NCBI GenBank assembly: GCA_035084275.1
Contig: CM068756.1
Location: forward strand, 14,198,001 to 14,262,000
Reading direction: 5' to 3'
DNA: 64,000 bases
Source: Hydrolagus colliei
Taxonomy: Eukaryota
Within the stretch, counting starts at the first letter, position 1. The number at the start of each line of letters is the position of its first letter. The notes beneath the pieces were generated by a model. It did no database searches, was not told the DNA's origin, and was given only the letters and a program-made list of their open reading frames with translations. Made by a program: the position numbers and the translations under genes. This document shows, one piece after another, positions 49,101 through 62,400 of this stretch.

Positions 49101-50481
49101 CCTCGCCATCCAAATATGCCCCAGTTCAGTGTCATCAGAAGTGAAACATATTTATGTTTTGGAAGGTTAGACTTTATATTCTAGACGTTTTGCACAAAAC
49201 ATTCATCAAGGTTCTGCTCACAAATTGACCTTGATGTTGATATTAGCATTGGGAATGGTTATTGTATCTTCCTGGACCTGTCCGCTGCGTTTGACACAGT
49301 CGACCACACCATCCTCCTCCACCGTCTGTCCTCCGTCATCCACCTCAGTGGGACCGCACTCGCCAGGTTCGAGTCCTACCTCACAAACCGCCAGCAGTAC
49401 ATCTCCACAAATGTCTTTTCCTCCCGATCTCACACAGTTACCTGTGGGGTACCCCAGGGATCCATCCTTGGCCCCCTCCTCTTCCTCATCTACATGCTCC
49501 CTCTTGGGGATGTCATCTACAGACATGGGACACACTTCCACATGTACGCGGATGACACCCAACTCTATTTCTCCACCTCACTTTGTGACCCCCAGACCCC
49601 TGATGTACTGTCCGCCTGCCTGTCAGAATCAGGAGCTGGATGAGCTCAAATTTCGTGCAGCTGAATGTTGACAAGATGGAAGCTACACTCTTTGGCTCTC
49701 GTCAATGTCTCCATTCAGGTGTCTCTCACCTCCTCCACTTTCCCGGTCTCCCCCTGACACTCTCCGAACCTGTGCGCAACCTTGGAGTCAGGTTCGATCC
49801 CCAACTGTCCTTCCTCCCCCACATCAGTTCCCTCACCAGCACCGCCTTCTTCCACCTCTGACGGATCGCCCGTCTCCAGCAATACCTCACCCCAAAAGCC
49901 GCTGAAACTCTGGTCCATGCCTTCGTCACCTCACTGCTGGACTATTCAAATGCCCTCCTCGCCGGTCTCCCCTCCACCACAATCCATAAAATACAACTCA
50001 TCCAAAACTCTGCAGCCCACACCAAACTTTGCTCCCCCATTACCCCAGTCCTTACCAGACTTCATTGGCTCCCTATCCCCGAGAGGATCGACTTGAAGAT
50101 CCTCACCCTTGTTTTCAAATCCCTCTACTCCTCTGCACCCCCCTACCTCTGTGACCTCCTCTCTCCTCAACCCAGCACCCGCTGCCTTCGCTCTACCAGG
50201 TCTGGCCTCCTCCATGTCCCCCCAAATCCTCCGCTCCACCCTCAGCAGCCAGGCCTTCAGCCACTATGCCCCAAGGCTCTGGAATTCCCTTCCTCACTAC
50301 CTTCGCCTCGCCCACTCTTTTCTCAGCTTCAGATCCCAGCTGAAGACCTTTCTCTTCGACCGCGCCTTTGGTCACCTTCCTGCCCCTGCCCCTGGCTCGG
50401 TCCCGGGATCCGCTGTTGTGAAGCGCTCTGAGACGCCATCTGGCGTGGAGGGCGCCATATAAATCAAAGTTGTTGTTGTTG

Positions 50482-51710
50482 TAATGTAGCCCTGGATTGA
50501 GCAATAGGCCACTAACTTGCCATTTAAGGCTGATCAATGGTAAGCACTAGGGTCCGGTGATATATCGATATATCGCTAAAACCCGATATAATTTTCATAT
50601 CGATACGCCGATATAGGCATTTCAAAAATATGGATATATCGAAAAATCAATATATCGAAGTAAAAAATCAGAATGCGCGCACACTGAACTACAAGACCCA
50701 GAATGCTCATCTCTATACACAATGCACAGACCGAGGTGCAAAGCCGCCATATTGTATTCATAGTCCTCGAATATAATATACAGGTATGGAAGGGTTGGGG
50801 GGGGGGGGGGGGGGGGAGGGGAGAGAGACAGCTGGGGGGGGGGGAGAGAGACGGCTGGGGGGGGGGAGGGGGAGTGAGACGGCTGGGGTGGGGGAGGGGA
50901 GAGAGACGGCTGGTGGGGGCGTGGAGGGAGAGAAAGACGGCGGCGGGGGGGGAGGAGGAGAAAGACGGCTGGGGGGGCGGGGGGGAGAGTGTGGGAGAGA
51001 GGGATGGCGGCGGGGGGCGGGAGGAGAGAGGGACGGCAGCGGTGTGGGTGGTGGGGGGAGAGACGGGGTGGATGTGATAATATACAGATAGATAGAGATT
51101 GGGGGGATGTGAGAGAGGAGAGAGACACAGAGACACAGACAGAAAAACACAGAGATGGAGAGAGTGGGTGTGAGAGACACAGAGAGAGAAAGATATTTAC
51201 CTCCTGAGGAGATAGGCCTGAATGCGCGCGCACCCCGATTGCGCTGCGCACGCATGCGCAGTACGAAAACCCCAAAATTATCGATATTTCAGTATATCTC
51301 GATATGAGCCCGTCGATGTATCTAAATCGGAAAATTTCCATATCGACGGACCCTAGTAAGCACATGAGCAACCAAGAAAGTTGAATTGGAGAAAAGAAGA
51401 AGCAGGGGTTATTTTCTAGGTGTTTTCCGAATCACTAAGGATATAAATAAACTGTCAGCAAATAATATGTTTGATGAAGGAAAGGAATAATGCAGTGGAA
51501 ATTGATGTTTATCCCTCTAATAACAATCATACATTCTGCTCGTAGTGTTACTTTGACTGAAAAATTACCAGTAACTAACAGAAAAAAGGTGCAGATTGTT
51601 CCAGTAAAATAACATCCCCCTCCCATGAATCTGATCAGTTTTGACTCTGATAACAACGCTGCACAAATGTGTAGCCACTTTACATGTTTCTGTGTCTTTG
51701 ACTTCCTGTC
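50482..51710 (-). pseudogene. V pseudogene type D, copy 2
   Basis: Duplicate of copy 1 with the same insertions. Confidence 0.72.
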
Positions 51711-54700
51711 TTGGAGGTTTTCAGGAAATTGAATTCATGTTGTGAGCGTAATTCGTAATTACATGTAATCATTAAAGCTACGTCAACCTTCTGAATCAGA
51801 AGTGAGAGGGCGACCAAATGAGCCAGCCTGATACGCAATGCATGATTCATGTTGCAGTCATCTGCAGCCTGGAAGTTCTTTGTTTCCTTGAACAGGTTTG
51901 TTTCACACAGAATGATCAATACCATTTATTAACTTCAAGTGAACCCATGATTACATTTGTACAATTGTGGCAATATATTCAGCCGATCAGTTGATGCCAA
52001 TAACTACAGTAGGGAAGCCAGTAGCTTGAAAACCAGATTCTTGATCGTAAAATTAGGAGACAAAATATGTCCCAGATTATAATTTTCACTGAGAGCTGTA
52101 AACATGGTACAATTTGTCAAATAATGTGGTAAATGTGGGTAAAACAAGGCAGCGAATTGCGCACAACAATTTCCCACAAATAGTCATTGGTTGAATGCAT
52201 ATCTATAGAATGTTAAGTCTCAATCATTTAGTCTAATTATTTTCCTATGTGCCATTCACACACAGAGTGAATAAATATTCCAGATACATTGCAATAATAT
52301 ATTGTTGCTACCATACAGAGGTATAATTTAATTTTTAATGACTGTTGGTATGTAGCTTGCAGTATCAGGACTAAATGTTGCTTTACTTTACCACCGCTGA
52401 ATACTTACTGGTACAAATGTGGAAGTGTAAGTGATGTGGGTGTCTGTCACACAGTAACTGCTGCCTTGGGGATCAATATGAATCCTGCTCATTGTGTGTT
52501 TTCATGCAATGATTATTCCTACTTTAATCACAATGAATAGTTTGCTCAGCTGAGGTGGCATCTGAGGTACTCTATCTATCAGCGCCAGAGTATAACCATG
52601 TAACCACAATCTAAGTTCCTATTCAGCATCAAAATAAATGACTCATATGCTGTTTCATTAATCGATTCCGATTCCACCTTTTGACCACTGGGTGAATTTC
52701 TTTCTCTCGCTGAATAATTCTTGTGCTGCTTTTTAAATTTTTTTATAGTACTGTACTAATGACTGGGTACATTTGGGGGTTGGTGATTTATGGTCTAAAT
52801 AAATCAATATTGATTTAATATTGAATTGAAATATTAAACTCTAACGAAGAATAAAGCACACCGATTAATGCATAATAATAATAATCATTGCATTTGATGT
52901 GGCGCTTCTAATGTCTTCTAGATAACTCAAAATGTTTCACAGAACTCAGTGGAAAGTGAATTGAGTATGTATTTTGTGGGCGTAACGCAGCAGCCAATTG
53001 TGCACAGGAGAGTCCCACAAACTAAGGAAACTTCCCCAAAGTTTTACCCTGACCTGCTTGGAATTGAACCCTCTTGCAAGGCGAGTGCTCTAACCAATAA
53101 GCTACAGGATTCCACTATATTTAATGATAAACCCTGGAATCAGCCCTGAATTACTCTTATCCCTAGTTGCCAGCGGTTTGACAGCACAGCCCCATCAGTG
53201 GCAGCATCATTGAGGATTTACAGAGATTTACAAAGGGAACATTGGTCTGTGAAGGGCAATCACCATTTGTATCATTGAATTTGAGTCTTGATTTCAGTCT
53301 TGAGACATTGTATGCAACTGATTCAACACATCAATGTGAAAACCTTTTAGGCATCTGCCTGGAATGTGTGACAATATAAATAGGAGCACAACGATCCTGC
53401 TTAAGTGTTCATGAAATTCAATTGAATTTAAACCAGTGAATAGATACAAAAGCATGTTGATTAAACACTTTAAAGAAAAAAACAATCTTTGCTTTGATTT
53501 CATCAAATGGAAGGTTGCACTGTGACATAGAAACAGATGCAATGAGGCACATAAACTTTACTGATGGCCAACAAAAGGCTTTGTGGTGTGAGAGTGTAAC
53601 TGTGATACACACACACACATCTATATATGTAGATGGAGATATATGCGTATACGTGTGAAATTGCTACACCTAAACAGACACACGCTCCATCAGTTCATGT
53701 GTTGCATAAATGGTCTGTGAGTGTGGACAATCGTGTTCTTTATTTAATCGGGTACAGCAGAGACAAGGGTAAAAAACTAAATGTTGCTTAATTTCAGCTT
53801 AATTTAACACATACTTGCATAACGCCCACACAATAGCCTTTACATTGTGGCAGATGAATTGCATCACATTTTCTTAGATAAATGTTAAGGTTATTCACAT
53901 CAGTTTACTTCTAATTTGAGTCTCTGTTATTGTCATCCAATGAGCCAACATAATACAGAAAAGTGAAACAAAACATTACCCTCACTGCATACATTGAACT
54001 GATGTACATTTACATTTAAATTTTGTAGTCATCAAACCGTATGTTTGTTGTTGAAATTGGCTGGAAGAGAGCTGGAATCAACTAAAGGAGGCTGCTTTTT
54101 GTCCAAGAATTCAACTGATGACCAATCCTTAAAATGTTTGGATTTCCCAGAGAGAGAGAGAAACATTACTGAACCTTAAAGAATCATTATAACCAAACAC
54201 AAAATACTACAGATGCTGGAAATCTGAAACAAAAACAGAAGTTACTGGGAAAACTCAGCAGGTCGGGCAGCATCCATGGAGAAAGGAAAGTGATTCAACG
54301 TTTTGGGTCCATGACGCTTCATCAGAACTCAAACGAAGGGTCGTGGACCCAAAACGTTGACTCACTTTCCTTTCTCCATGGATGCTGCCTGACCTGCTGA
54401 GTTTTCCTAGCAACTTTTGTTTTTGTTTCAGAATCACCATAGTCTATGGCTGAAGCCCAGTAGTAAGTACTTGGCTAAGCTGTATCTGAAACAAAGCGTA
54501 AGAACTCCATTATGGTGTTTAATTTATTTTATTCAATTCTATCGTAGAGATAGATTGACCAAATCAAACCCAACACATTAGGTTCGATAAATGTTGTTTA
54601 TTTGAGATCTACAAAACCACTTCACAGTGTTAGAAACTATTAAAACTGGTCCCAGATTTGTATTGGTGTATTTTGTTCCAGTGATATAATAGCTTCATTG

Positions 54701-54960
54701 ATTTTATAAATGATTATAGTTGATAGCACAGCGACATTATCAGATTAGGATTAAACAATTTTGAAGGTGAAATTGGATCGAGTTTATAAATGATTGTTAA
54801 TAAGAATGGAATCGGGAAAAGGGAAAATGATGTATTTCTGCACTGTCAAAGCAGTGATACACTAGCAGACCAGACCAGGATTGATACACACACTGTCACT
54901 TGTCTACATTGACAGGGATCTGTGACTGACATGCAGAGGTAATTGTCTAATATTGTGACA

Positions 54961-57900
54961 TTATGCGGCTCCTGACTCCGTGACAGTGACAGCTTTGTAG
55001 TTTCCGACATTTACCTCCGCATACTCTGAATTCTTGCCGCCGGGTTTAGCTTTTCCTGTTTTTTTGGAGCGAGGGAAATCCAGATCAGCGTAGGTCAGCT
55101 TGTCAGTGGCGGCTCCTCGCTTGGTCTGAAAACAACAATGTTTGGGATTGTCTTTTTGTTGGTTCCATGTATAGATTTACATAGAATGGTACAGGAACTG
55201 AGCAGCTGCTGTTTATACTTCACATTTCCTCCATTCTTACTTATTTTCTTCTATAAATCTCTATTCTTTTCTCCTCGTCTCCGCAACAAGGTTTATGTTA
55301 TATTATTCCAAACTCATCACCCCATGGCCAATTGGTGAATGTATTTCAAACTGAGATATGTAACTGTAGATTTAAGGCTCTAGATCTTAGCGATGAGCTG
55401 ACAGCTGCTTTGGTTGGTGCAGATCAGTTAATCCTGGAATTCCCGATTGCTCTATGGGAATTTGAAATCTCAGGATGGCTGGGTCAGTATACACATGATC
55501 CTCGTTAATTTATTTGCTGAATTGTTAATTCATATCTAAAGATACAATCTTAGAATATTATGGCCCAGAAAGTAAGTTTGCTCATCGGACACGTGCTGTT
55601 AATTTGAAAGAATTATGTATAGAGTCCCATTTACCTGCCTTTTCTCCAACACTCCTTAAAATTCATCTGTTTTTACATATCCCCATTATCTTCAGATAAA
55701 GGAATTATGTTGTTTCAACGCAGAAAGGCTGAAGATATTCAAAAACCAAATGCAGAATACAAATGAGGTAGAAGATTGGAGTTGGGGACAAAATCATAAC
55801 GATCAAACCAATGAAGCCTATTTACCAAACCCGTTCAACATTTTTTACATGTTGTTTACCTGGGCGTATACTGTCCTCTCCTCCTGTTGTTTAGGTCTTG
55901 GAGTTTTATTGGAACTTTTTAAATCCAATGCTACATAAGCCACGTTGTCACCCACTGCTCCCTCCCCCGTCTGTAAAACAAAGTATAGAGTTAAATAGTT
56001 GTTCAGTTTCCTTCCTAGGTCTGTGCTCTTTGACTATGGTATTGATTAAGTAGGGATTTTAGGGGAAACAACGGCTACTGTTGAGTTCAAATATTAATGG
56101 CACATAACATCCAGTAAGTAGATCGAGATCTCTCCAGGAGCAGAGAAAATTATTGTTTCCAATTGATACTTTGCCATCCACCAATACGAAAATATGTTGC
56201 AGAACTGATTAGATGAATTCAACAAGAATTCTCACTTCAAGTATTATCTCTTAAAATATCCTGGGATTAGCCCTGTTGCTAGGCACAGGCCTGACACTGA
56301 AGGATTACTCAAAAGGTAAATTACTTGTTTATTGGAGTAACAATTTAATCCTTTAAAGGGGAATAAATAGGTCTATTTATTCCTATTAAGGAAAGGTTGA
56401 AAGCTTTGCGTTCATTGTCGAATTAAACGTAAACTCTGTCTTCTTGGGGTGGGATGAGATTATTGTCTGTCTTGTCTTAAACTCTGTCTTGTTGGGGTGG
56501 GATGGTATGCTGGCGAATGATAATCAGAATAACTTGGCGATACACTTCATCGTGGTTTATGGGACCATATTATGCGCAAATTGGTTGTAGCAAATAGAGT
56601 CGCTACAAAGGCAAGGATTAGAAGCATTTTAAGATGATTGGAATTATAGGATCCACATTGATAATGATTAAATTGCTCCATTGGTCACCCAAACTCTTTG
56701 GTGAAAAACTTATAATAGTAATAATAATCCTTGCTTTTGATATAGCGCTTTTCACATCTTCTCGGCATCTCAAAGCGCTCCATGGGAATATACTGCAAAG
56801 TGAATTGACTGTATTGCAAACAGCAGTGTCCCACAAACAGTTGTGGATTAAAATCACCAATTTTTAAAAACATACCCGTTCTTCAAGATTGCCCGATTGA
56901 GTCAGGTTTCCCTTTGATCCTAAATGTGAATAAAATTTACTGAATTAAATATTTACCCAATTTTAATGTTAACAATAAAATCATGTAATTATCCTACATT
57001 TTGGGATGAGTGAAATCCAAATATTCTCCTGCATTATTTACCCTCCACCTGAATCTGCATGTCACTCATACTTTCTTAAATCCTTAACACTGTGGGACTC
57101 TTTCCGTTGAATATTGAAAATCTGAAACTTGGCGATGGCTAACACTATTCCTCAATTCTTAAGAAACTTGGTTGTTTCCTGCAAGCTGAGCCTTGGTTTC
57201 TCTCCTGGGACTCTCAATAATAAAAATATATTTTTAATGTACCAATTTCAATGTAATACATTGCTGAATTCCGTTAAAAAATAACAAATAACATGTGTAA
57301 AGCGCCTTTCACGTCGGGAGGTTGTTTACTGATAAACATACACCTGGCGCTAATCCCTGCATTTGTTTGAGACCATTCGTCAGTACAGTTACTTACAAAT
57401 GCACATAATTCATCCAATTATAAGGCAGTTGCAATATTGTATATTGAATCAGATTTCTGACATTGGATGTTGGAAAAGGAGCAATTCTGGGAAACTAACA
57501 TTCACCTTGTGAAATTGTTCCAGGAATGAATCTGTTGTAATAACTACAAGTAATTGATGTTGTATAATCACAGCGTCACAGAACTCTACTATCATGGAAA
57601 TAAGAATCAAGTCACTTTGTCTCTTTGCTAATAACCATTGGTGCTTTCGATGGTTTTATATCAAGTTGTAATGTTTACAATTAATTGCAATGAAATCAGA
57701 ATTTTCTTACTGTTTTTCTTCTTTAATTGGCAACGCTTCCCAATTATGATGAAAATCACCAGAAATGCGACCACACCCGCAGCACATCCACCCCATAGTG
57801 AATAACGGGTTGGATTTTCAATCCCTGGAGAAATAGTATTCACTGAGGTGAGACTGTACATTGTGTAGGGGAATGCTTTATAAATTTGGTAGAATAGATA

Positions 57901-59476
57901 TGTTATGCAAGTCATTTATTATTTATACCTTGCAGTGATTTCGAGTAAGTATTAAGAACGGTAAATGGTTTAAATATGGTCTAATCTTAATCCGTGTTTA
58001 TTGAAAGAGGAATATAAATTACAAGGAGACCATCATTGAAAACATTTTGATATTGACGTAGGGTTAGACAGGTGTCAGCGCCTTGGGACGTCTTCCCGAC
58101 GTTAAAGGCGCTCTATAAATGTAAATTGTTGTTATTGTTGTTGTGTTAGACAGATCAACATTTGTTCTCCCTTATTTTTATTGTTGCTCTTAAATCGATC
58201 ACACTGAGGGCGACACTCAGAATACACATGAAGCGGAACATTGATCTTCAGAGGAACCCTCACAAAATACAATCTATAAATTATAGAGTGAGACAACTGG
58301 ACATGGTGGCATCTGATCGCAGCGATGAAACATGCTGAGTAGCTTTGAATAAAAGGAGGAACATGGTGGGATGGAAAGACATTTGATGAATCACGTGTCC
58401 TGAGCTGAAGCTGAGGTTTTGAAAATCATCCCTATGAGAATTGAATTAACAACAGTTGGGTTTTTAAAACTCTTTTAGAATCTTACCTGCTTTAGGTTTT
58501 GAGATGGTGTAGGTGGCAATAGCTGAATTCTTGAGGGTGATGTGAGACACCAGACAGGTATAAACAGATACGCTCTGGACAGACTGTGTGTCTTCAATAG
58601 AGCTAGAGACCTTACAGAGTTCCAACGAGTTCTGCTTTTCTATGGTTACTGTCTCTTCCACCTTTATTCCTGATGTTGGTGTAATTTGGTTCTCATCTTT
58701 ATACCATATGAGGGTGAAATCCTTTGGGTAAAACACAGTAGTTTCACACACAATTGTCCGATGCTTAGTTGATTTCCTAGAGAAAATCCTCAGTGGAGTT
58801 GGGGGAACTGTAGAACAGATAATGGAGGAAAATCATATTAATTTTGATCAATCAGCGGGAGAAACTTTATTTTACTTCTTTTCTATGCAATCTTCCGATT
58901 CCTGAGTGCAAATGGAGGTTTATTTAGATTCACAAATATCCCTCTCACAGCAGCAGAAGCTTCCTCCTGCTGAAATTACCCTTCGGTTTTTATCAATTAA
59001 TGTTGATGCGTAATCGTTGTCTTGCATATTATTACTATTATTGTTATTGTGACTAAGATTATCAGGCGGAATTGATCACTGTGAACTCTCGATCAGAGGA
59101 GACAGAGGATCCCTGACAGGTGTGAGAACACTGTGTTATTCTGGCTCAATTGGTAGCATTCTCGCATCTGAATTAGAAGGACATGGGATCAAACTTGACA
59201 TTGGGACTTGGAATTCACATAGTTGATGTGGAAACATTTGCTGCAATGCACACTCACCCTGCACAGTTAAACGTGATCCAGGTCCTGTTCCAATTACTGA
59301 TCCCTGACGGATCACTGAGCAGCGATAGACTCCAGAGTCCTGGAAACTCACATTCAGGAGCTGGAAGAAGCCGCTTCCTTTGCCTATCACACCAAATCTT
59401 TTCCTGCTGTCCGACTGTGTGTACAAGTAGCCGTCCTCACCCTCCTTCTCCCACTTCACCTCCTGTCCTGAACCGT
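54961..59476 (-). pseudogene. Gene B2: 5'-truncated inhibitory receptor (promoter, leader and first 34 V codons lost; all downstream exons intact)
   Basis: V remnant 59476-59258, C1 58807-58487, TM 57824-57711, cytoplasmic exons 56919-56876, 55970-55860 and 55125-54961; all four Tyr motifs preserved. Confidence 0.85.
58076..58142 (+). mobile_element. ~67-bp L2 3' tail inserted in the B2 intron only
   Basis: Nearly identical to 29221-29289; absent from the B1, A1 and A2 introns; GTGT-like TSD. Confidence 0.8.
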
Positions 59477-62400
59477 CTGAATGGATGCTATTCCAATGCA
59501 GATAAAAGCTTAAAAATAGTTAAATGAGCTATGTTTGCTATATTTCAGCACTAGCTTCATACCATAATATCGAAACAAACTCAAAGTGGGTAAGGCCAAG
59601 CCACATGTTGGATTGTCTTCAAGGACAATATTGAGCCAAAATAGAGGAAGAGTAATGTCACTTTATAAATCATTGGTGCCACCTCACTTGGAATATTGTG
59701 TGCAGTTCTGTTCACCAGAATACGATAACAATATTGCATTGATTGAGAGGATATAGAGTAAGGCAACCAAATTATTCGAGGCGATTATTTGGACTACAAG
59801 GAGTGATTTGGTTTACTGGGCATGTTCACGCTGGAGACGGGAAGGTTGAGGTGCAATATGATTACGGTCTTTAAGGTTCTGAAGGGTTTCTGTAATATAG
59901 ACCACGATAAGCTGTATATTTTACAATGAAGAGAATAACCAGATGTCAATGATTGAAGCTGGTGGGGAGAGGAGGTAAATTCACAACAGGTCAACAGAAA
60001 TGTTACTTCACTGAGCGAACAGTAAACTTATGAAACAGGCTCCCTAAGGAGATGATGACAGCAGAAACTAGTTTGTTTCAAGAAGAATTTGTGCGAGAAA
60101 AAACAACATTGGGATAAAGGTTTGAGTTTGGGACTTGTGTCAATGGACTGCTAGGTTTGTGGAAGGCAAACTAGATGTACATTGGTCTTCTTTCACTTAA
60201 CAAATCTTTATGATGTTAAGTTGTTGTTTGAGTTGTTGCTGTTACTGCTATTATAGATAAATCATAAAATATATCTAAAAATATGTCTGAATGAAAAGAT
60301 TGGATGTGTTTAATAGATTTCTGCAAGTTCTAGATATTGCTTTGCCCTGGAGCACAGATAATCAATGATTGACGAAAATACCACATTGACCTTCATGGAA
60401 CATTTTATTTATTGCAATTGAAAATGTTGAATCAAAGCTGTTCTGTTCAATTATCATGTACTATACAAGCAACTTCATTTGAGATTTTAGATGAATGGTA
60501 TTACAGATATCACACAAAAATAAAACAAAACCTTTATGTCACAGCCGACATTATTACAATACATCAATATCTGTATTTTAACACAACAAAATGTATCATT
60601 TATGAGACTTGGTTATTTTTGAAATTACGTTTTAATTTTAAACAGTTGAATAATGTGACTTGTTTAAGTAGTTCTAGTGAAATAATGTAAAGGGAAGATA
60701 GATTGAAGAGTAAACGCCTTCTGAATCTTTTTGTGCAGAAAGCTCTGTGGATACATAGATGTGTTAAAACCATCAACATAATGTTCAGCAGCGATCAGAA
60801 AAATCAAAACATGATCTACAGTTGTTGTTCATGATATGTCCCGAAATATTATTTATTAAACACTAAAGTGGTGGCGTTAGGTAATATAATATTTGTAATT
60901 GTCGGTTTATTGGTGCAAACTTGTCCAAGCTGATGTGTAATATTTTGACCTGGGTGTGTGAAGAAACTCTGTGAAACTACAACAAGAACAACAAAATTAC
61001 ATTTGTATAGCGCCTTTCACATCGGGAGAACGTCCCGAGACGCTGGGATAAAGAACTGAGAATATATAAAGGGTGAAACAAATAAGATACGGCTAATATT
61101 TCAGTTATATTCCCATTCCTCAATGGTATCAGTCGAATATCTCAAATATGTTTAATGTAATATACCAGTTCATAACGTACAATCTTCTGTTTCATCAGTC
61201 ACTGCATTTCCACCAGCATAATTCAATCGCCTGTGATGATTTCTCACTTCATCTGTAAGTCAACAAGCAGAGCCAGTGTGAGTGTGAGCCAGTATCACCA
61301 ATCGTTTGACTCTATGATTAATTGTACTGATTGCTGGTTTCCACGCAAAGAGATTGAAGTTTGAATCTGAAACGTTTATAACGACACTGTAAACATAATA
61401 TATTTTAATTTAATTGTAAACAGTGACTAAAGGTATTCAGACAACACCATTGACATTGATAACCCGCCGATCACTTTAGAAAGGCGTCTGAAAGCGCTTG
61501 GCACGGTTGGTTGACCACGGTAGCTGGAGACGGAAGACGAGCCATCACATATGACTGTCTGATTTTATTTGTCTCTAACAGGGTATTAATTTATTCTCAC
61601 ACAAAATATTTACAGCTTGTATCTTCACTGTAAATATTTTCAATTTACCTTCAAGAATGTTCAGCCTCGTGGATGTAGAGCTTATTAACAGGGATATTAA
61701 TGTCAACATTTATTATGATAACCCAGTAACAGTTTGAGAAGCTATCAGATGAACATATTGTTCACTAGTGTTCCAGACACCTGAAGGTTTGGAGGAGATA
61801 TCTTTATATCAATGGATTATTAGAGAATCCTCCAATAAAACAAAGTGTAATTCCCACAATCTAAACAGTCTGGTCCCGGTTGCCGGTGGTTTCCTGTTGA
61901 TAGATAATTTTATGGGCGACGCTATCAATACAATAATTGTCAATGAAACCACAATATTATTTTGAAAAAAAGAACGCCTTACCTTTCAAGCTGTGAGATT
62001 TTAACATGGTCAACAATGAAGATGGTCAACACGATCACTACCAAGAAACAGAATATAAACCGTAAAATCATCATGTTCTCCGACATTCCACCATAATATC
62101 CATTCCTCCCAGAAGCTAGAAAACAAATATCGGAATTAAAATCTATTGAATAATTAGACTGTGTTGGGAATATGTACAGTTTGTGAATTAATTTATTTTG
62201 GAAGGTACAATGAGGTGGACGAATATTATGAATTTGTGTGATTGAAAACAACAGAGAACATGAATGTACAGATATGCTTCAGTAATACGATAGAGACACA
62301 CTTATATATTATGGGATAGCCATTCCCCTGAGAATGTGTGCTCAGCTTCAAATACACCAGAGAGAATGGCTGTTCCAACCCGAGCCTTGGAGAGTTGAGC

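Larger units (their letters stand above)
32056..59476. repeat. Recent segmental duplicate of 1-25855 (offset ~32.1 kb before and ~34.3 kb after the 32299-34551 insertion, falling to ~33.6 kb)
   Basis: Dozens of identical or near-identical ORF translations at a consistent offset; 32056 onward matches position 1 onward. Confidence 0.95.
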
